This document shows positions 29,300 through 42,389 of a DNA stretch of 64,000 nucleotides, piece by piece. How positions within the stretch are numbered: the stretch's first letter is position 1; each line of letters starts with the position of its first letter. Origin of the DNA: Escherichia coli (GTDB lineage Bacteria; Pseudomonadota; Gammaproteobacteria; Enterobacterales; Enterobacteriaceae); assembly GCF_003334815.1 (NCBI RefSeq), contig NZ_QOWO01000009.1; one strand, 5' to 3'. Position numbers and translations under genes: made by a program. The notes under the pieces are model-generated. The model had not been told where the DNA came from. It saw only the letters and a program-made list of their open reading frames with translations, and made no database searches.

Positions 29300-30615
29300 C
29301 AACCTAACTCCTTCGCCAGACGGGCAAACTCATTGCCTCGTTGTTCAAAGTTCTTGAACTGATCAAGGCTGGCACAGGCTGGGGAGAGCAGAACCATATC
29401 GCCCGGCTGAACACGCGGAGCCAGCAAGCGCATCGCCTGTTCCATAGTTTCGGTTTGTTCTGCCACTTCCGGGCGTAGCGCCGCCAGCTGCGCGCCGTCA
29501 CGACCGAAACAATACAGACGTACGTTATCGCCATTCAGGTAACGCGCCAGTGGGCTAAAGTCCGCCGATTTACCATCGCCACCCAGCAACAAATGCAGTG
29601 TGCCGTCTACGTGCAGGCCATTCAGCGCCGCTTCCGTACTGCCGACGTTGGTCGCTTTCGAATCGTTAATCCAACGTACGCCGTTATGCTCCAGCACAAC
29701 TTCAAAGCGATGCGGCAGACCAGTGAATGTGGTTAACGCTTTCAGGCTGCTGGCACGCGGTAACCCTGCAGCATCTGCCAGCGCCAGCGCCGCCAGCGCA
29801 TTGGTGTAGTTATGCTGCCCGGAAAGTTTCATCTCTTTCACATTCAGCACTTTCTCGCCTTTAACCCGCAGCCAGGTTTCGCCCTGCTGATGATTCAGGT
29901 GATAGTCACCCATGTTGACGCCAAAGCTGACGCAGCGTTCATCCGCACCGCGAATCGGCATTGTTAAGGCATCATCAGCATTAACCACGCAAACTTTCGC
30001 GTTTTCGTAAATGCGCAGTTTTGCTGCACGATACTGTTGTAAACCAAACGGATAGCGATCCATATGATCTTCAGTCACGTTCAGAATGGTCGCTGCTACC
30101 GCCTGTAAGCTGGAGGTGGTTTCCAGCTGGAAGCTCGACAGTTCCAGCACGTACAGTTCACACTCATCATCCAGTAGCATCAACGCAGGCAGGCCAATAT
30201 TGCCACCCACACCAACGTTAACCCCCGCCGCTTTCGCCATTTCACCCACTAGCGTGGTGACCGTGCTTTTGCCGTTAGAACCGGTAATCGCCACAATCGG
30301 TGCTTGTGCTTCGCGACAGAACAGCTCGATATCGCCAACGATTTCGATTCCGGCATCAGCGGCAGCGCTTAAGGATGGATGCGCCAGTGCAATACCGGGA
30401 CTGGCGACAATCAGATCTGCCGCCATCAGCCATTCATCATTCAGACTGCCCGTGTGGCGTTCTACGGCTTCGGGTAATTTATCCAGGCCAGGCGGTGTCA
30501 TACGCGTATCCATAACGCGCGGCGTCACACCGCGAGCGAGGAAAAAGTCCACGCAGGAAAGCCCGGTGAGGCCCAGGCCGATAATGACGACATTTTTACC
30601 CTGATAATCAGCCAT
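29299..30615 (-). CDS. murD: UDP-N-acetylmuramoylalanine--D-glutamate ligase (438 aa)
   Basis: ORF track 438 aa [25 protein letters not shown]. Confidence 0.97.
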
Positions 30616-30617
30616 GA

Positions 30618-31700
30618 TTAACGTACCTTCAGCGTTGCCAGACCAATCAGAACCAGCATCAGCGAAATAATCCAGAAACGCACAATGACGCGCGGTTCCG
30701 GCCAGCCTTTCAGTTCATAGTGGTGATGAATCGGTGCCATGCGGAAAATACGTTGTCCGCGCAGTTTAAAGGAGCCGACCTGCAGGATGACAGAAAGCGT
30801 TTCTACCACGAACACGCCCCCCATAATCACCAGCAGGAATTCCTGACGTAGCAGTACGGCGATAATGCCTAACGCACCACCTAACGCCAGCGAACCTACA
30901 TCGCCCATAAAGACCTGCGCCGGATAGGTGTTAAACCACAGGAAGCCCAGTCCTGCCCCGACTATCGCGGTACAGACAATAACCAGTTCCCCGGCGTGTC
31001 GCAGATACGGTATATGCAAGTAGCTGGCAAAGTTCATATTGCCGGTCGCCCACGCCACCAGCGCAAAACCACCGGCGACAAATACGGTCGGCATAATTGC
31101 CAGGCCGTCGAGACCATCGGTCAGGTTTACCGCGTTGCCAGTACCCACAATGACGAAGTAAGCCAGCAGAATGTAGAACAGCCCCAGCTGCGGCATCACA
31201 TCTTTAAAGAATGGGACCACCAGCTGCGTTGCGGGCGTGTCTTTGCCGGCAAGGTACAGGGCGAAGGCGACACCCAGCGCAATGACCGACATCCAGAAAT
31301 ACTTCCAACGAGCGATCAACCCTTTGGTGTCTTTACGCACCACTTTGCGATAATCATCAACAAAGCCAATAACACCGTAACCTACCAGCACCACCAACAC
31401 GCACCAGACGTACGGATTGGACGGGTAAGCCCACAGCAGTACGGAGATCACAATCGCCGTCAGGATCATAATCCCGCCCATGGTCGGCGTACCGCGCTTG
31501 CTGAAGTGTGATTCAGGACCGTCGTTACGCACCACCTGACCAAAGGAAAGTTTTTGCAAATGAGCAATCATACGCGGGCCCATCCACAATGAGATGAACA
31601 GCGCGGTCAGCAGGCTGACGATGGCGCGAAACGTCAGATAGGAAAAGACGTTAAAGCCGGAATAATATTTGACCAAATGTTCGGCCAGCCAAACTAACAT
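30618..31700 (-). CDS. mraY: Phospho-N-acetylmuramoyl-pentapeptide transferase (360 aa)
   Basis: ORF track 360 aa [27 protein letters not shown]. Confidence 0.97.
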
Positions 31701-33052
31701 GTCCCATTCTCCTGTAAAGCGCGTACTACCTCTTCCATGGCGGCACTACGTGAACCCTTAACTAAAATCGTAATTACCTGTTGCTCAGCAATCAGTAATT
31801 TAAGACGCGTAATTAACGCAGTTTTATCAGCAAAATGTTCGCCAACGCCGCTGGCGGTGCTGATAGCATGGCTTTGTTTACCCACGCTTAACACGCGGTC
31901 AATACCAGCAGCTTTTGCCGCCTCGCCCACCTGTACATGGCAGGCTTCGCTTTCAGCGCCCAGTTCCGCCATATCGCCCACCACCAGCACGCGGTAGCCC
32001 GGCATTTCAGCCAGTACCTGGACTGCTGCAGTCATTGAACCGACATTGGCGTTGTAGGAGTCGTCGAGCAGCAACTGGTTTTCTGCCAGTTGGATGGGGA
32101 ACAGACGGCCTGGAACAGCTTTCAGATTTGCCAGCCCCGCTTTGATAGCATCAAGCGTTGCGCCCACGGACATGGAGAGCGCAGCGGCTGCCAGCGCATT
32201 CGCAATATTGTGACGCCCCGGCAACGGCAGCAGAACATCGACGCTACCGGTTGGGGTTTGTAGGGTAAATTCCGTACCGTGCGAGGTCACATGGATATTG
32301 GTGGCGGTGAAATCGCTGTTGGCGGCATTGGGTGAGAAACGCCACACTTTGCGTGAGCCAATTACGCTCTGCCAGTTCAGCCAGTCGTTGTTGTCGGCGT
32401 TCATAATGGCGATACCGTTTTCCGGCAGGCCGCTAAAGATTTCACCTTTCGCTTTCGCGACACCCGCAAGCGAGCCAAAACCTTCCAGATGCGCCGCTGC
32501 CAGGTTGTTGACCAGCGCAGCTTCCGGGCGAGTCAGACTCACAGTCCAGGCTATTTCGCCCTGATGGTTCGCGCCAAGTTCAATAACTGCGTAATCGTAT
32601 TCCGGCGTTAAGCGCAACAGCGTCATCGGTACACCGATGTCGTTGTTGAGATTGCCTGCCGTATAAAGCGTGTTGCCGCACTGGCTTAAAATCGCCGCCG
32701 TCATCTCTTTAACGGAGGTTTTGCCGGAGGACCCCGTCAGAGCAACCACGCGCGCCGGAACTTGCTGGCGAACCCATGCAGCCAGTTCACCAAACGCCAG
32801 ACGCGTATCCTTGACGATTAACTGCGGCAGGTCGATGTCCAGCGGACGGCTAACCAGTAGTGCGCCTGCGCCGCCAGCTTTCGCCTGGTCGGCAAAATCG
32901 TGGGCATCAAAACGTTCGCCTTTCAGGGCAACAAACAGGCAGCCCGGCGTCAGTTTTCGGGTATCAGTGGTTACAGCATCAAGGGTGATATCTGCACCTT
33001 GCAGTTCACCGTTGAGAATGTCGGTAAGTTGGCTAAGGGTTACGCTAATCAT
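31694..33052 (-). CDS. murF: UDP-MurNAc-tripeptide--D-Ala-D-Ala ligase (452 aa)
   Basis: ORF track 452 aa, Mur ligase motif TGSSGKTS. Confidence 0.97.
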
Positions 33053-34536
33053 GCAATCACCCCCAGCAGACGCGCCACCGTGACGCGATCGGAGTAGTCC
33101 AGACGCTGATTGCCAACAATCTGGTAATCTTCATGGCCTTTGCCCGCGACCAGTACCACATCATTCTCTTTAGCCTGCATAACGGCGCAAGTCACCGCTT
33201 CAGCACGGCCTTCCATCACTTTGGCATGTCCGGCATCTAACATTCCCGCCAGAATATCGTTGATGATGGCACGCGGTTCTTCGGTACGCGGGTTATCGTC
33301 CGTCACCACCGCCACGTCAGCAAACTCTTCGGCAATTGCGCCCATCAGTGGACGCTTACCTTTATCGCGATCGCCACCACAGCCAAAGACACACCACAGC
33401 TTGCCCGCACAGTGCAGACGCGCCGCCTGTAAGGCTTTTTCCAGTGCATCCGGCGTATGCGCGTAATCCACCACCACCGTCGGTTTGCCTGGCGCAGTGA
33501 ACACTTCCATACGTCCGCAAACCGGTTGCAGACGCGCGGCGGTTTTCAGCAGATCAGCCAGTGGATAGCCGAGTGCCAACAGTGTCGCCAGCGCGAGCAG
33601 CAGGTTGCTGACGTTAAAAGCGCCCATCAGATGGCTTTCAATTTCGCCATCGCCCCAACTTGAGCTAAAGCGAATCGTCGCACCGCTGTCGTGATAGTTC
33701 ACTTCGGTCGCTTTCAACCAGCGTCCGTGACAGTTCGGATTAATATGATCTTCCATTGATACCGCAACCGCGTCCGGCAGTTTTGCCAGCCAGCGGCGGC
33801 CCACTTCATCGTCGGCGTTAATAATCGCCTGACCGCAATGATGCTCAGAATAAAGCAGCCATTTCGCGGCTTCGTAGTGTTCCATATCACCATGATAATC
33901 AAGGTGATCGCGGCTTAAGTTGGTAAAGACCGACGCCGCAAATTTCAATGCCGCCACACGGTGCTGTACCAGCCCGTGGGAGGAAACTTCCATTGCGCAA
34001 AACGTCGCGCCCTGATCCACCAGCCCCGCCAGCTCATGCTGAACATCGACTGCCGAACCGGTTGTATTTTCTGTCGGGATCACTTTCCCCAGCAGGCCGT
34101 TACCAACGGTGCCCATTACCGCGCTGGTTTCGCCAAGCAGTTGGCTCCACTGCGCCAACAGCTGGGTAGTCGTGGTTTTGCCGTTGGTGCCCGTTACGCC
34201 CACGAGACGTAAATTGTCAGAGGGTTCATGGTAAAAGCGGCCCGCCAGTGCAGATAAACGCTCGTTGAGCTGGCTGAGATAGATGACCGGTACGCCGTGC
34301 ATTTCACGGATTTCACCATCGGTCGCCTCATCTTTCGCCTCTGCAATAATGGCAGCCACACCTTGCGCTATCGCCTGCGGGATATATCGACGCCCGTCCG
34401 CCTGATGACCTACTACAGCTACAAAGAGATCGCCCGCCGCAGCCACACGGCTGTCGAGTGTCATCTCTCGCAGTGCTCGCGAAGGTGCGTCTGGCACCCA
34501 CGGAGCAAGAAGGTCGCGCAAATTACGATCTGCCAC
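33049..34536 (-). CDS. murE: UDP-MurNAc-L-Ala-D-Glu--meso-diaminopimelate ligase (495 aa)
   Basis: ORF track 495 aa, Mur ligase motif TGTNGKTTT. Confidence 0.97.
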
Positions 34537-36289
34537 CTGTCCCCTCGCCTTGATTAATCACAAATTCATTTTTATCGCCCGTTGTCAGCGCATCCGGCTC
34601 GATGTTCATGGTACGCAATACGCCGCCCATGATGGCACCAAAGACCGGCGCGGAAACGGCGCCGCCGTAGTATTTACCCGCCTGCGGATCGTTGATAACA
34701 ACAACCAGCGCGAAGCGCGGCTGACTCGCAGGCGCAACGCCTGCGGTATAAGCAATATATTTATTGATGTAGCGACCGTCCGGCCCGACCTTTTTCGCGG
34801 TACCGGTTTTAATGGCGATACGATAGCCTTTAATCGCCGCCTTCACGCCGCCGCCGCCTGGTAGCGCCACGCTTTCCATCATATGCACCACAGTGCGGAC
34901 AATGGATTCCGGGAAGACACGTTCACCGGGAACCGGGGGGTCAACTTTGGTAATCGACAGTGGGCGATAAATGCCGTAGCTGCCGATAGTTGCGTAGACT
35001 CGCGCTAACTGTAATGGTGTTACCATTAGCCCGTAGCCGAAAGAGAAGGTGGCCCTCTCTATGTCAGACCACCGTTGTTTTTGAGGATATAAGCCACTGC
35101 GTTCTCCGACCAACCCCAAATTGGTCGCTTTTCCCAGTCCAAAACGTGAGTAAGTATCTACTAACGCTGAGGACGGCATCGCTAACGCCAGCTTGGAAAC
35201 ACCGACGTTACTCGACTTCTGTAATACCCCGGTCAGGGTTAATTCGCTGTAGCGTGCCACGTCTTTGATTTCGTGGCCGTTAATTCGATAAGGAATGGTA
35301 TTGAGTACCGAGTTTTCCCGCACCACGCCACGTTGCAACGCGGTCATTACCACCATCGGTTTAACCGTTGAGCCCGGTTCAAACACGTCGGTGATGGTAC
35401 GGTTACGCATCGCCTCTTTCGGCGTGCCGCTCAGATTGTTAGGGTTGTATGACGGGCTGTTAGCCATCGCCAGCACTTCACCGGTGTTGACATCCACCAG
35501 CACGGCGCTACCAGATTCAGCCTTGTTAAAGGCCACCGCGTTGTTCAGTTCGCGATAAACCAGCGCCTGCAGGCGTTCATCAATACTCAGCGCCAGGTTG
35601 TGCGCTGCCTGGCTGTCAGTAGAAGAAATATCTTCAATTACGCGACCATAGCGGTCTTTACGCACAATGCGCTCACCCGGCTGCCCGGTAAGCCATTTAT
35701 CGAAACTCTTCTCAACGCCCTCAATCCCTTGACTATCGACGTTAGTAAAGCCGATGAGGTGAGCAGTCACTTCGCCGGACGGATAGTAACGGCGAGACTC
35801 TTCACGCAGATGAATCCCCGGCAGTTTCAGTTTTTTGATGTAGTCCGCCATGTCAGGGTTCACCTGACGCGCCAGATAAATAAAGCGCCCTTTCGGGTTG
35901 GCGTTAATGCGGGCTGAAAGCTGATCCAGCGGAATATTGAGCGCGTTAGCCAGCGCCTTCCAGCGGTCACCGACGCTGATACCGCCAGCGTCATGCACTT
36001 CTTTCGGGTCAGCCCAAATCGCTTTTACCGGCACGCTCACCGCTAACGGGCGACCAGAACGGTCAGTAATCATGCCGCGGGAGGTGGAAACTTGCTGAAC
36101 GCGAAGAGAACGCATGTCGCCCTCTTTCACCAGCATATCCGGGGAGATAACTTGTAACCACGCTACGCGTCCGAGCAGAAAAGCCAGCGCCAGGAGAATA
36201 CAGCCGCATAACAACGCAAAACGCCAACTGATAAAGTTGGCATGTTCTTCCTGACGTTTTGGTTTCTGCGTTTTCGCCGCTGCTTTCAT
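34523..36289 (-). CDS. ftsI: Peptidoglycan D,D-transpeptidase FtsI / PBP3 (588 aa)
   Basis: Penicillin-binding motifs STVKP, SSN, KTGTA present in translation. Confidence 0.98.
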
Positions 36290-36304
36290 GCGTCGCGTTT
36301 ATCC

Positions 36305-36670
36305 TTATTTTTGCACTACGATATTTTCTTGTGACGGATCAACATGCTGCATTTGCAGCTTTTCCGTGGCGATCCTTTCCACCCGGCTATGGTCGCCGAG
36401 CGCATTCTCTTCAAGGATCAGGTTGCGCCATTCAATGTCTAAAGCATCTCGCTCCAGCACCAGTTGTTCGCGCTGAGCGGTCAGTAAACGGGTATGGTGC
36501 GCCGTGGTTACCACAGTCACCGCCGTCAAAATAATGCAAATGAACAGGCAGAGTGGCAGCTTCCCAAATCGCAAAAGATCGTCACCGATAACACCAGGCA
36601 ATGCATGGCGCTCGTGGCTTCCCATCGATCCTTTAACTTTGCTTAGAGCTTCTGTCACTCTGCTGATCAT
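36305..36670 (-). CDS. ftsL: Cell division protein FtsL (121 aa)
   Basis: ORF track 121 aa [27 protein letters not shown], single TM + coiled coil. Confidence 0.95.
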
Positions 36671-37608
36671 GCATTCGTCCTCTCTGCAATACGCAGAACT
36701 GAACTACGGGCACGAGGGTTCTCAGCCACCTCTTCTTCGCCCGGCATTAACTTGCCTAGTGCTCGCAGCTGACGGCCACCCAGTTTTTTGAGCTGCTCTT
36801 CAGTCATCGGTAACCCTGCCGGAACTTGCGGACCGCGGCTGTTTTCACGCATAAAACGTTTCACAATACGGTCTTCCAGCGAGTGGAAGCTGATGATCGA
36901 AAGCCGCCCACCCGGGGCCAGCACGTTGAGCGAGCTTTTTAGCGCCTGCTCTATCTCCTCCAGTTCACTGTTTACCCAAATGCGCACCGCCTGGAAGGTA
37001 CGGGTCGCGGGATGTTTAAACTTATCTTTCACCGGCGTTGCAGCAGCCACGACTTCCGCCAGTTCTTTGGTGCGGGTCATCGGCTGTTCGCGGTTACGCT
37101 CGACAATGGCGCGGGCAATGCGTTTGGCAAAACGCTCTTCACCATAGGTTTTCAATACCCAGGCGATATCGGCTTCTTCTGCGGTTTGTAGCCATTCAGC
37201 GGCTGACTGCCCACGGGTTGGGTCCATACGCATGTCCAGCGGACCATCGCGCATAAAGGAAAAGCCACGTTCAGCATCATCAAGTTGCGGTGAAGAGACG
37301 CCAAGATCGAGGAGAATGCCGTCGATCTTGCCGATAAGATCGCGCTCGGCAACGTATTCGCCCAGCGCGGAGAAAGGTCCGTGGATGATGGAGAAGCGCG
37401 GATCATCAATAGTCTTCGCAACGGCGATAGCCTGCGGGTCGCGATCGATCGCCAGCAAACGCCCCTCTTCGCCAAGCTGCGAGAGGATCAGACGTGAGTG
37501 ACCACCGCGACCAAAAGTCCCATCAATGTAGATGCCATCAGGACGGATATTGAGGCCATTAACGGCTTCATCCAGCAGCACCGTAGTATGTTTATAGTTT
37601 TCCATCAT
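36667..37608 (-). CDS. rsmH: 16S rRNA m4C1402 methyltransferase RsmH/MraW (313 aa)
   Basis: Canonical start [19 protein letters not shown] 43 codons inside longest ORF; SAM-MTase. Confidence 0.94.
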
Positions 37609-37609
37609 T

Positions 37610-38068
37610 TTATAGAGACAAGTCCTGCAGTCGCTCCGATAAGTCTCCGGTAGCCAACTGCTCTGCGTCGATATCTTCCTTGACCTGTTGATGCCAGGTT
37701 GTTTCATCCCACAGCTCAAACTTGTTGAACTGTCCAACCAGCATCACTTCTTTTGTCAGCCCGGCATGTTGCCGCAGTACTGGCGCGATTAACAATCGAC
37801 CTGCGCCATCCATCTGACATTCGCTGGCATGACCTAACAGTAGGCGCTGCACACGGCGCTCAACCGGGTTCATGCTCGACAGACGCGATAATTTTTGCTC
37901 GATAATTTCCCATTCAGGCAGGGGGTAAAGCAGCAGGCACGGGTGATAAATGTCAATGGTGCAAACCATTTGACCGGCAGCGTTCTCAAGCAGCTGTTCC
38001 CGATAACGGGTAGGCACTGATAAGCGCCCTTTGCTGTCGAGATTGACTAACGTTGCTCCCCGGAACAT
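37610..38068 (-). CDS. mraZ: Transcriptional regulator MraZ (152 aa)
   Basis: Canonical start [19 protein letters not shown]; first gene of dcw cluster. Confidence 0.94.
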
Positions 38069-38079
38069 GCCAGCCTCAC

Positions 38080-38150
38080 CCCTTATTCCCACTTTGCCCC
38101 ACAATTTCCCACTGAAAGGAGTTTACGGAGCTGAGGAAAAGCTTGTCAAG
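38080..38150 (-). promoter_or_regulatory. Pmra promoter (-35 TTGACA at 38145-38150, -10 TAAACT at 38120-38125, minus strand) with three 10-bp-spaced GTGGG(A/G) direct repeats (38087-38112) = MraZ operator
   Basis: Direct reading: rc gives TTGACA-N18-TAAACT followed by gtgggaaattgtggggcaaagtggga. Confidence 0.7.
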
Positions 38151-38625
38151 CCAGTCACAAGGCATACCGAGGTAAAAAACCCGATGTTTACGGCTAATAT
38201 CAGCGTTGTTTATTTTACGTCCAACGTGCGAAGCAAATTAACGTTATGAATAGCTGTAAGAAAAAATCCCTCATCGTCATCACCGTTTTAAAATGACTCA
38301 CTATTTTCCACAGCAAATATAAAGTGTCAGTTTGCGACGCGAGCGGCATTTTAGGACATATCTTCCCCGGTTAACAGTCCTTGTTACGTCTGTGTGGCGC
38401 TTGATGCCAGCGGGTTTGCGCAAAAGCAAAGAAAAGTGTTTGTTAAATCGGCAATTCATCGCCGCATGTAACAAAATAATGCAAAAACGCGCTGTCGATA
38501 TCACTTAATTATTGTGAATTTCAGCTGGTGAGTTAATTAACGGGCGGGTTTAAAAGCATTTATCAATAATAGTCAGGAATAGTCTTATTTACTTTAAGCA
38601 TATTGATGTCCAGTCCCGTACTCTA

Positions 38626-38660
38626 CGCGCCAGAGGGAAATTCACCTGGCGCGTATTTTT
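38626..38660 (+). terminator. Hairpin cgcgccag-N12-ctggcgcg followed by tattttt on the plus strand, just 3' of cra (cra is on the minus strand)
   Basis: 8-bp GC stem with T-run on plus-strand side only; orientation fits a plus-strand transcript or a bidirectional terminator. Confidence 0.4.
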
Positions 38661-38669
38661 GTTCGCGGC

Positions 38670-39674
38670 TTAGCTACGGCTGAGCACGCCGCGGCGATAG
38701 AGATTACGTTTAATGCGCGTTAAACCAGGTTTTGGCTTACGCGGTTCGTCCAGGCTTGCCAGGACAATCTCCAGCACACGCTCTGCGACATCGCGGTGAC
38801 GTTGAGCCACTGCCAGCACCGGACACTGTAAGAAGTCGAGCAGTTCGTTATCGCCAAAGGTGGCAATTGCCAGGTCAGAAGGCAGTTTGCCGTCGCGACG
38901 CAGCGTGACATCCATCACTCCTTGCAACAACGCAAACGACGTTGTGAACAGCGCCTGCGGCATCGGATGCGTTTCCAGCCATTTTTCGAATAACTGGGCA
39001 GCCGCCTCCCGCTCATAGCTGTTGGCATACAGGAAATGCACTTCGCGCGGATCATCTTTCCAGGCAGTACGGAAACCTTGTTCACGCAGGAAGCTGACAG
39101 AAAGCTCCGGTAGCGCACCAAGATAAAGCACCGTCTCGGCGGGAAACTTACGTAACTCTTCCGCCAGCATTTCGGCATCATCCTGATCGGCACCAACCAC
39201 GCTGGTGAAGTGTTCACGATCGAGGGCGCGGTCCAGCGCGACAATCGGGAACGGGTCGTTAGCCCAGCGTTGATAAAAAGGATGCTCAGGAGGCAACGAC
39301 GTCGAAACAATAATGGCATCAACCTGACGCTGTAAAAGGTGCTCAATGCACCGCATTTCGTTGTCTGGCTGATCTTCTGAGCAGGCAATCAGCAGTTGAT
39401 AACCCCGTTGCCGCGCCTGGCGTTCAAGATAGTTAGCGATGCGGGTATAGCTGGTGTTCTCCAGATCGGGGATCACAAGACCAATAGAACGTGTGCGTCC
39501 AGCACGAAGCCCAGCTGCCACGGCGTTCGGGTGGTAATTGTGCTCACGCACCACAGCCATGACTTTTTCAACGGTTTTGTCGCTCACACGGTATTGCTTC
39601 GCTTTGCCGTTAATAACATAGCTTGCAGTGGTCCGCGACACTCCCGCCAGCCGAGCGATTTCATCCAGTTTCAC
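38670..39674 (-). CDS. cra: Catabolite repressor/activator Cra (FruR), LacI family (334 aa)
   Basis: N-terminal [27 protein letters not shown]. Confidence 0.97.
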   Translation of the reverse strand: MKLDEIARLAGVSRTTASYVINGKAKQYRVSDKTVEKVMAVVREHNYHPNAVAAGLRAGRTRSIGLVIPDLENTSYTRIANYLERQARQRGYQLLIACSEDQPDNEMRCIEHLLQRQVDAIIVSTSLPPEHPFYQRWANDPFPIVALDRALDREHFTSVVGADQDDAEMLAEELRKFPAETVLYLGALPELSVSFLREQGFRTAWKDDPREVHFLYANSYEREAAAQLFEKWLETHPMPQALFTTSFALLQGVMDVTLRRDGKLPSDLAIATFGDNELLDFLQCPVLAVAQRHRDVAERVLEIVLASLDEPRKPKPGLTRIKRNLYRRGVLSRS

Positions 39675-39853
39675 AATTGCCCCTTGCGTAAAATGTAAAA
39701 ACCATAGCCATTGTACTGGTATGGGTTAAATTCATTAACATCTAAGCGCAGAAAATTAACTGCGGCAACTGCTTTTATTCCAGGTTCCCACTGATTTCGC
39801 AAAAAAAGCCCAACGTGACATGTTGGGCTGTAAATTGCGCATTGAGATCATTC

Positions 39854-40345
39854 TCAACGCATTATTTTATCGCCGCGCGAAAGTCCGACCACACCAGAGC
39901 GAGCAACCTCCACAATTTTCGCCACATCGCGAATCGATGCTAAAAATGCATCAAGCTTACCGCTGGTGCCTGCTAATTGAACGGTATAAAGCGAGGGTGT
40001 GACATCGATAATTTGCCCACGGAATATTTCCGTATTACGTTTCACTTCGTCACGCCCGTAACCGCTGGCCTGAATTTTCACCAGCATGATTTCCCGCTCA
40101 ACATGCGCGCCCTGCCCCAACTCACTCACGCGCAAGACATCGACCAGTTTGTGTAATTGCTTTTCGATCTGCTCAAGTACTTTTTCATCGCCCACGGTCT
40201 GGATGGTCATACGCGATAATGTCGGATCGTCGGTTGGCGCAACGGTCAGGCTTTCAATGTTGTAGCCACGCTGGGAAAAAAGGCCAATCACGCGGGATAA
40301 CGCGCCTGATTCATTTTCGAGTAAGACTGATAATATCCGGCGCAT
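39854..40345 (-). CDS. ilvH: Acetolactate synthase III small (regulatory) subunit (163 aa)
   Basis: Canonical start [19 protein letters not shown] (ACT domain). Confidence 0.94.
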
Positions 40346-40347
40346 AA

Positions 40348-42072
40348 TCAGGTTCTCTCCGTTTTGCTTAACCACATTTCATCCATTCCGCCCCCGCGAA
40401 TCTGCATCGGGTAGACGTGCTCGCTGCCATCGACGGTAACATCAACAAACACCAGGCGATTATTGCGCACCTGTTCCAGCGCCTCGCTAAGTTTGCTTTC
40501 CAGCTCATGCGGATGAGAAATCTGGATCCCGACATGCCCATAGGCTTCCGCCAGACGGACGAAATCGGGTAGCGATTGCATATAAGATTGTGAATGACGG
40601 CCGGAATAGATCATGTCCTGCCACTGCTTCACCATCCCCAGATAGCGGTTATTGAGATTCACCACCAGTACGGGCAACTCGTATTGCAACGCGGTAGACA
40701 GTTCCTGGATGTTCATCTGAATACTGCCGTCGCCAGTGACGCAAACCACGGTTTCTTCTGGCAACGCCATTTTGACGCCCAGTGCCGCAGGTAAACCAAA
40801 ACCCATCGTGCCGAGGCCACCGGAATTGATCCAGCGACGCGGTTTGTCGAATGGATAATAAAGTGCAGCAAACATCTGGTGCTGCCCGACATCGGACGTC
40901 ACGTAAGCGTCTCCCTTCGTCAACCGCCAAAGAGTCTCGATCACCGCCTGCGGTTTAATCTTTTCACTGTGAGTGTCATATTTCAGGCACTGACGAGCGC
41001 GCCACTGTTCAATTTGCTGCCACCAGTCGCGGATCTCATCCAGTGGTTGATGGGCGGATTCTTGCGACAAGAGTTCAAGCATTTGTTCGAGGACCTGGCG
41101 AGCATCCCCCACAATCGGGATATCCGCAGTCACGGTTTTAGAAATGGAAGTAGGATCAATATCGATATGCAGAACAGTGGCATTTGGGCAGTACTTTGCC
41201 AGATTGTTCGTCGTTCGGTCATCAAATCGTACCCCGACGGCGAAAATCACATCCGCGTTATGCATCGTCATATTGGCTTCGTAGGTACCGTGCATTCCCA
41301 GCATGCCCAGTGCCTGACGATGCGTTGCCGGAAACGCCCCCAGCCCCATCAATGAGCAAACAACGGGCAGATTCAACGCCTCCACCGTTTCTTTCAACTG
41401 CTGATGGCAGCCCGCCGTGATTGCCCCACCGCCTACGTAGACAACCGGTTTTTTTGCCGCTACCAGCGTTTGCAGAGCACGCTTAATTTGCCCTTTATGT
41501 CCGGTAGTAGTGGGATTGTAAGAACGCATACTGACCGACTCCGGCCAGACATAGGGTAATTTGTTCGCCGGATTAAGAATATCTTTCGGTAAATCAACGA
41601 CTACTGGTCCTGGGCGACCACTTGCCGCCAGCCAGAAAGCCTTTTTCAGCACCTGCGGAATGTCTTCCGTTTGCTTAACCAGAAAACTGTGTTTAACCAC
41701 CGGTCGCGAAATCCCCACCATGTCGCACTCCTGAAAGGCATCGTAACCTATCAACGAGGTCGCTACCTGCCCGGAAAGGACAACTAATGGAATGGAATCC
41801 ATATAAGCGGTGGCGATGCCAGTAATCGCATTGGTCGCCCCTGGACCCGACGTTACCAGCACGACGCCGACTTCCCCGGTCGCGCGCGCCAGGCCATCGG
41901 CCATATGCACCGCCGCCTGCTCATGACGAACTAATACATGATCAATACCACCCACGGTATGCAATGCATCATAAATATCAAGGACTGCGCCTCCGGGATA
42001 ACCGAATACTTGTTTAACGCCCTGATCGATAAGCGATCGGACGACCATCTCGGCTCCAGACAACATCTCCAT
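40348..42072 (-). CDS. ilvI: Acetolactate synthase III large subunit (574 aa)
   Basis: Canonical start [19 protein letters not shown]; TPP-binding enzyme. Confidence 0.95.
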   Translation of the reverse strand: MEMLSGAEMVVRSLIDQGVKQVFGYPGGAVLDIYDALHTVGGIDHVLVRHEQAAVHMADGLARATGEVGVVLVTSGPGATNAITGIATAYMDSIPLVVLSGQVATSLIGYDAFQECDMVGISRPVVKHSFLVKQTEDIPQVLKKAFWLAASGRPGPVVVDLPKDILNPANKLPYVWPESVSMRSYNPTTTGHKGQIKRALQTLVAAKKPVVYVGGGAITAGCHQQLKETVEALNLPVVCSLMGLGAFPATHRQALGMLGMHGTYEANMTMHNADVIFAVGVRFDDRTTNNLAKYCPNATVLHIDIDPTSISKTVTADIPIVGDARQVLEQMLELLSQESAHQPLDEIRDWWQQIEQWRARQCLKYDTHSEKIKPQAVIETLWRLTKGDAYVTSDVGQHQMFAALYYPFDKPRRWINSGGLGTMGFGLPAALGVKMALPEETVVCVTGDGSIQMNIQELSTALQYELPVLVVNLNNRYLGMVKQWQDMIYSGRHSQSYMQSLPDFVRLAEAYGHVGIQISHPHELESKLSEALEQVRNNRLVFVDVTVDGSEHVYPMQIRGGGMDEMWLSKTERT

Positions 42073-42389
42073 GGCCTGCCTCACTGTTTGACGGAAAAAA
42101 TGTGTAAAACACATTAACCGTCCGATCTTGCTTAAGCAATTGGCAGCCAGAGACATAAACACGGGGTAATAAGAATAAACAGGAGGAAAGGTGAAAAGAA
42201 ACGATAAAATCCTCCATTACAGAGGATTAAATTGATAATAAATCGGCTGAATCCCACAACTTACAGCAATTTCTCTATTTTTTTAATTAATCCTAAAATA
42301 GAGAGCCCACACATTCAGAATAAAATTCTACATTCAATAAAAAATGCAGAATAAACCAGACATTCATGTCTGACCTATTCTGCAATCAG

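Noticed and set aside
38105-38669. Small ORFs in the cra-mraZ gap (38031-38249 plus, 72 aa; 38301-38504 minus, 67 aa) as candidate small proteins
   Set aside because: No convincing Shine-Dalgarno sequence, no recognisable motif, and one overlaps the mraZ promoter and 5' end. Insufficient evidence from sequence alone; left as a check under the terminator-like hairpin finding.
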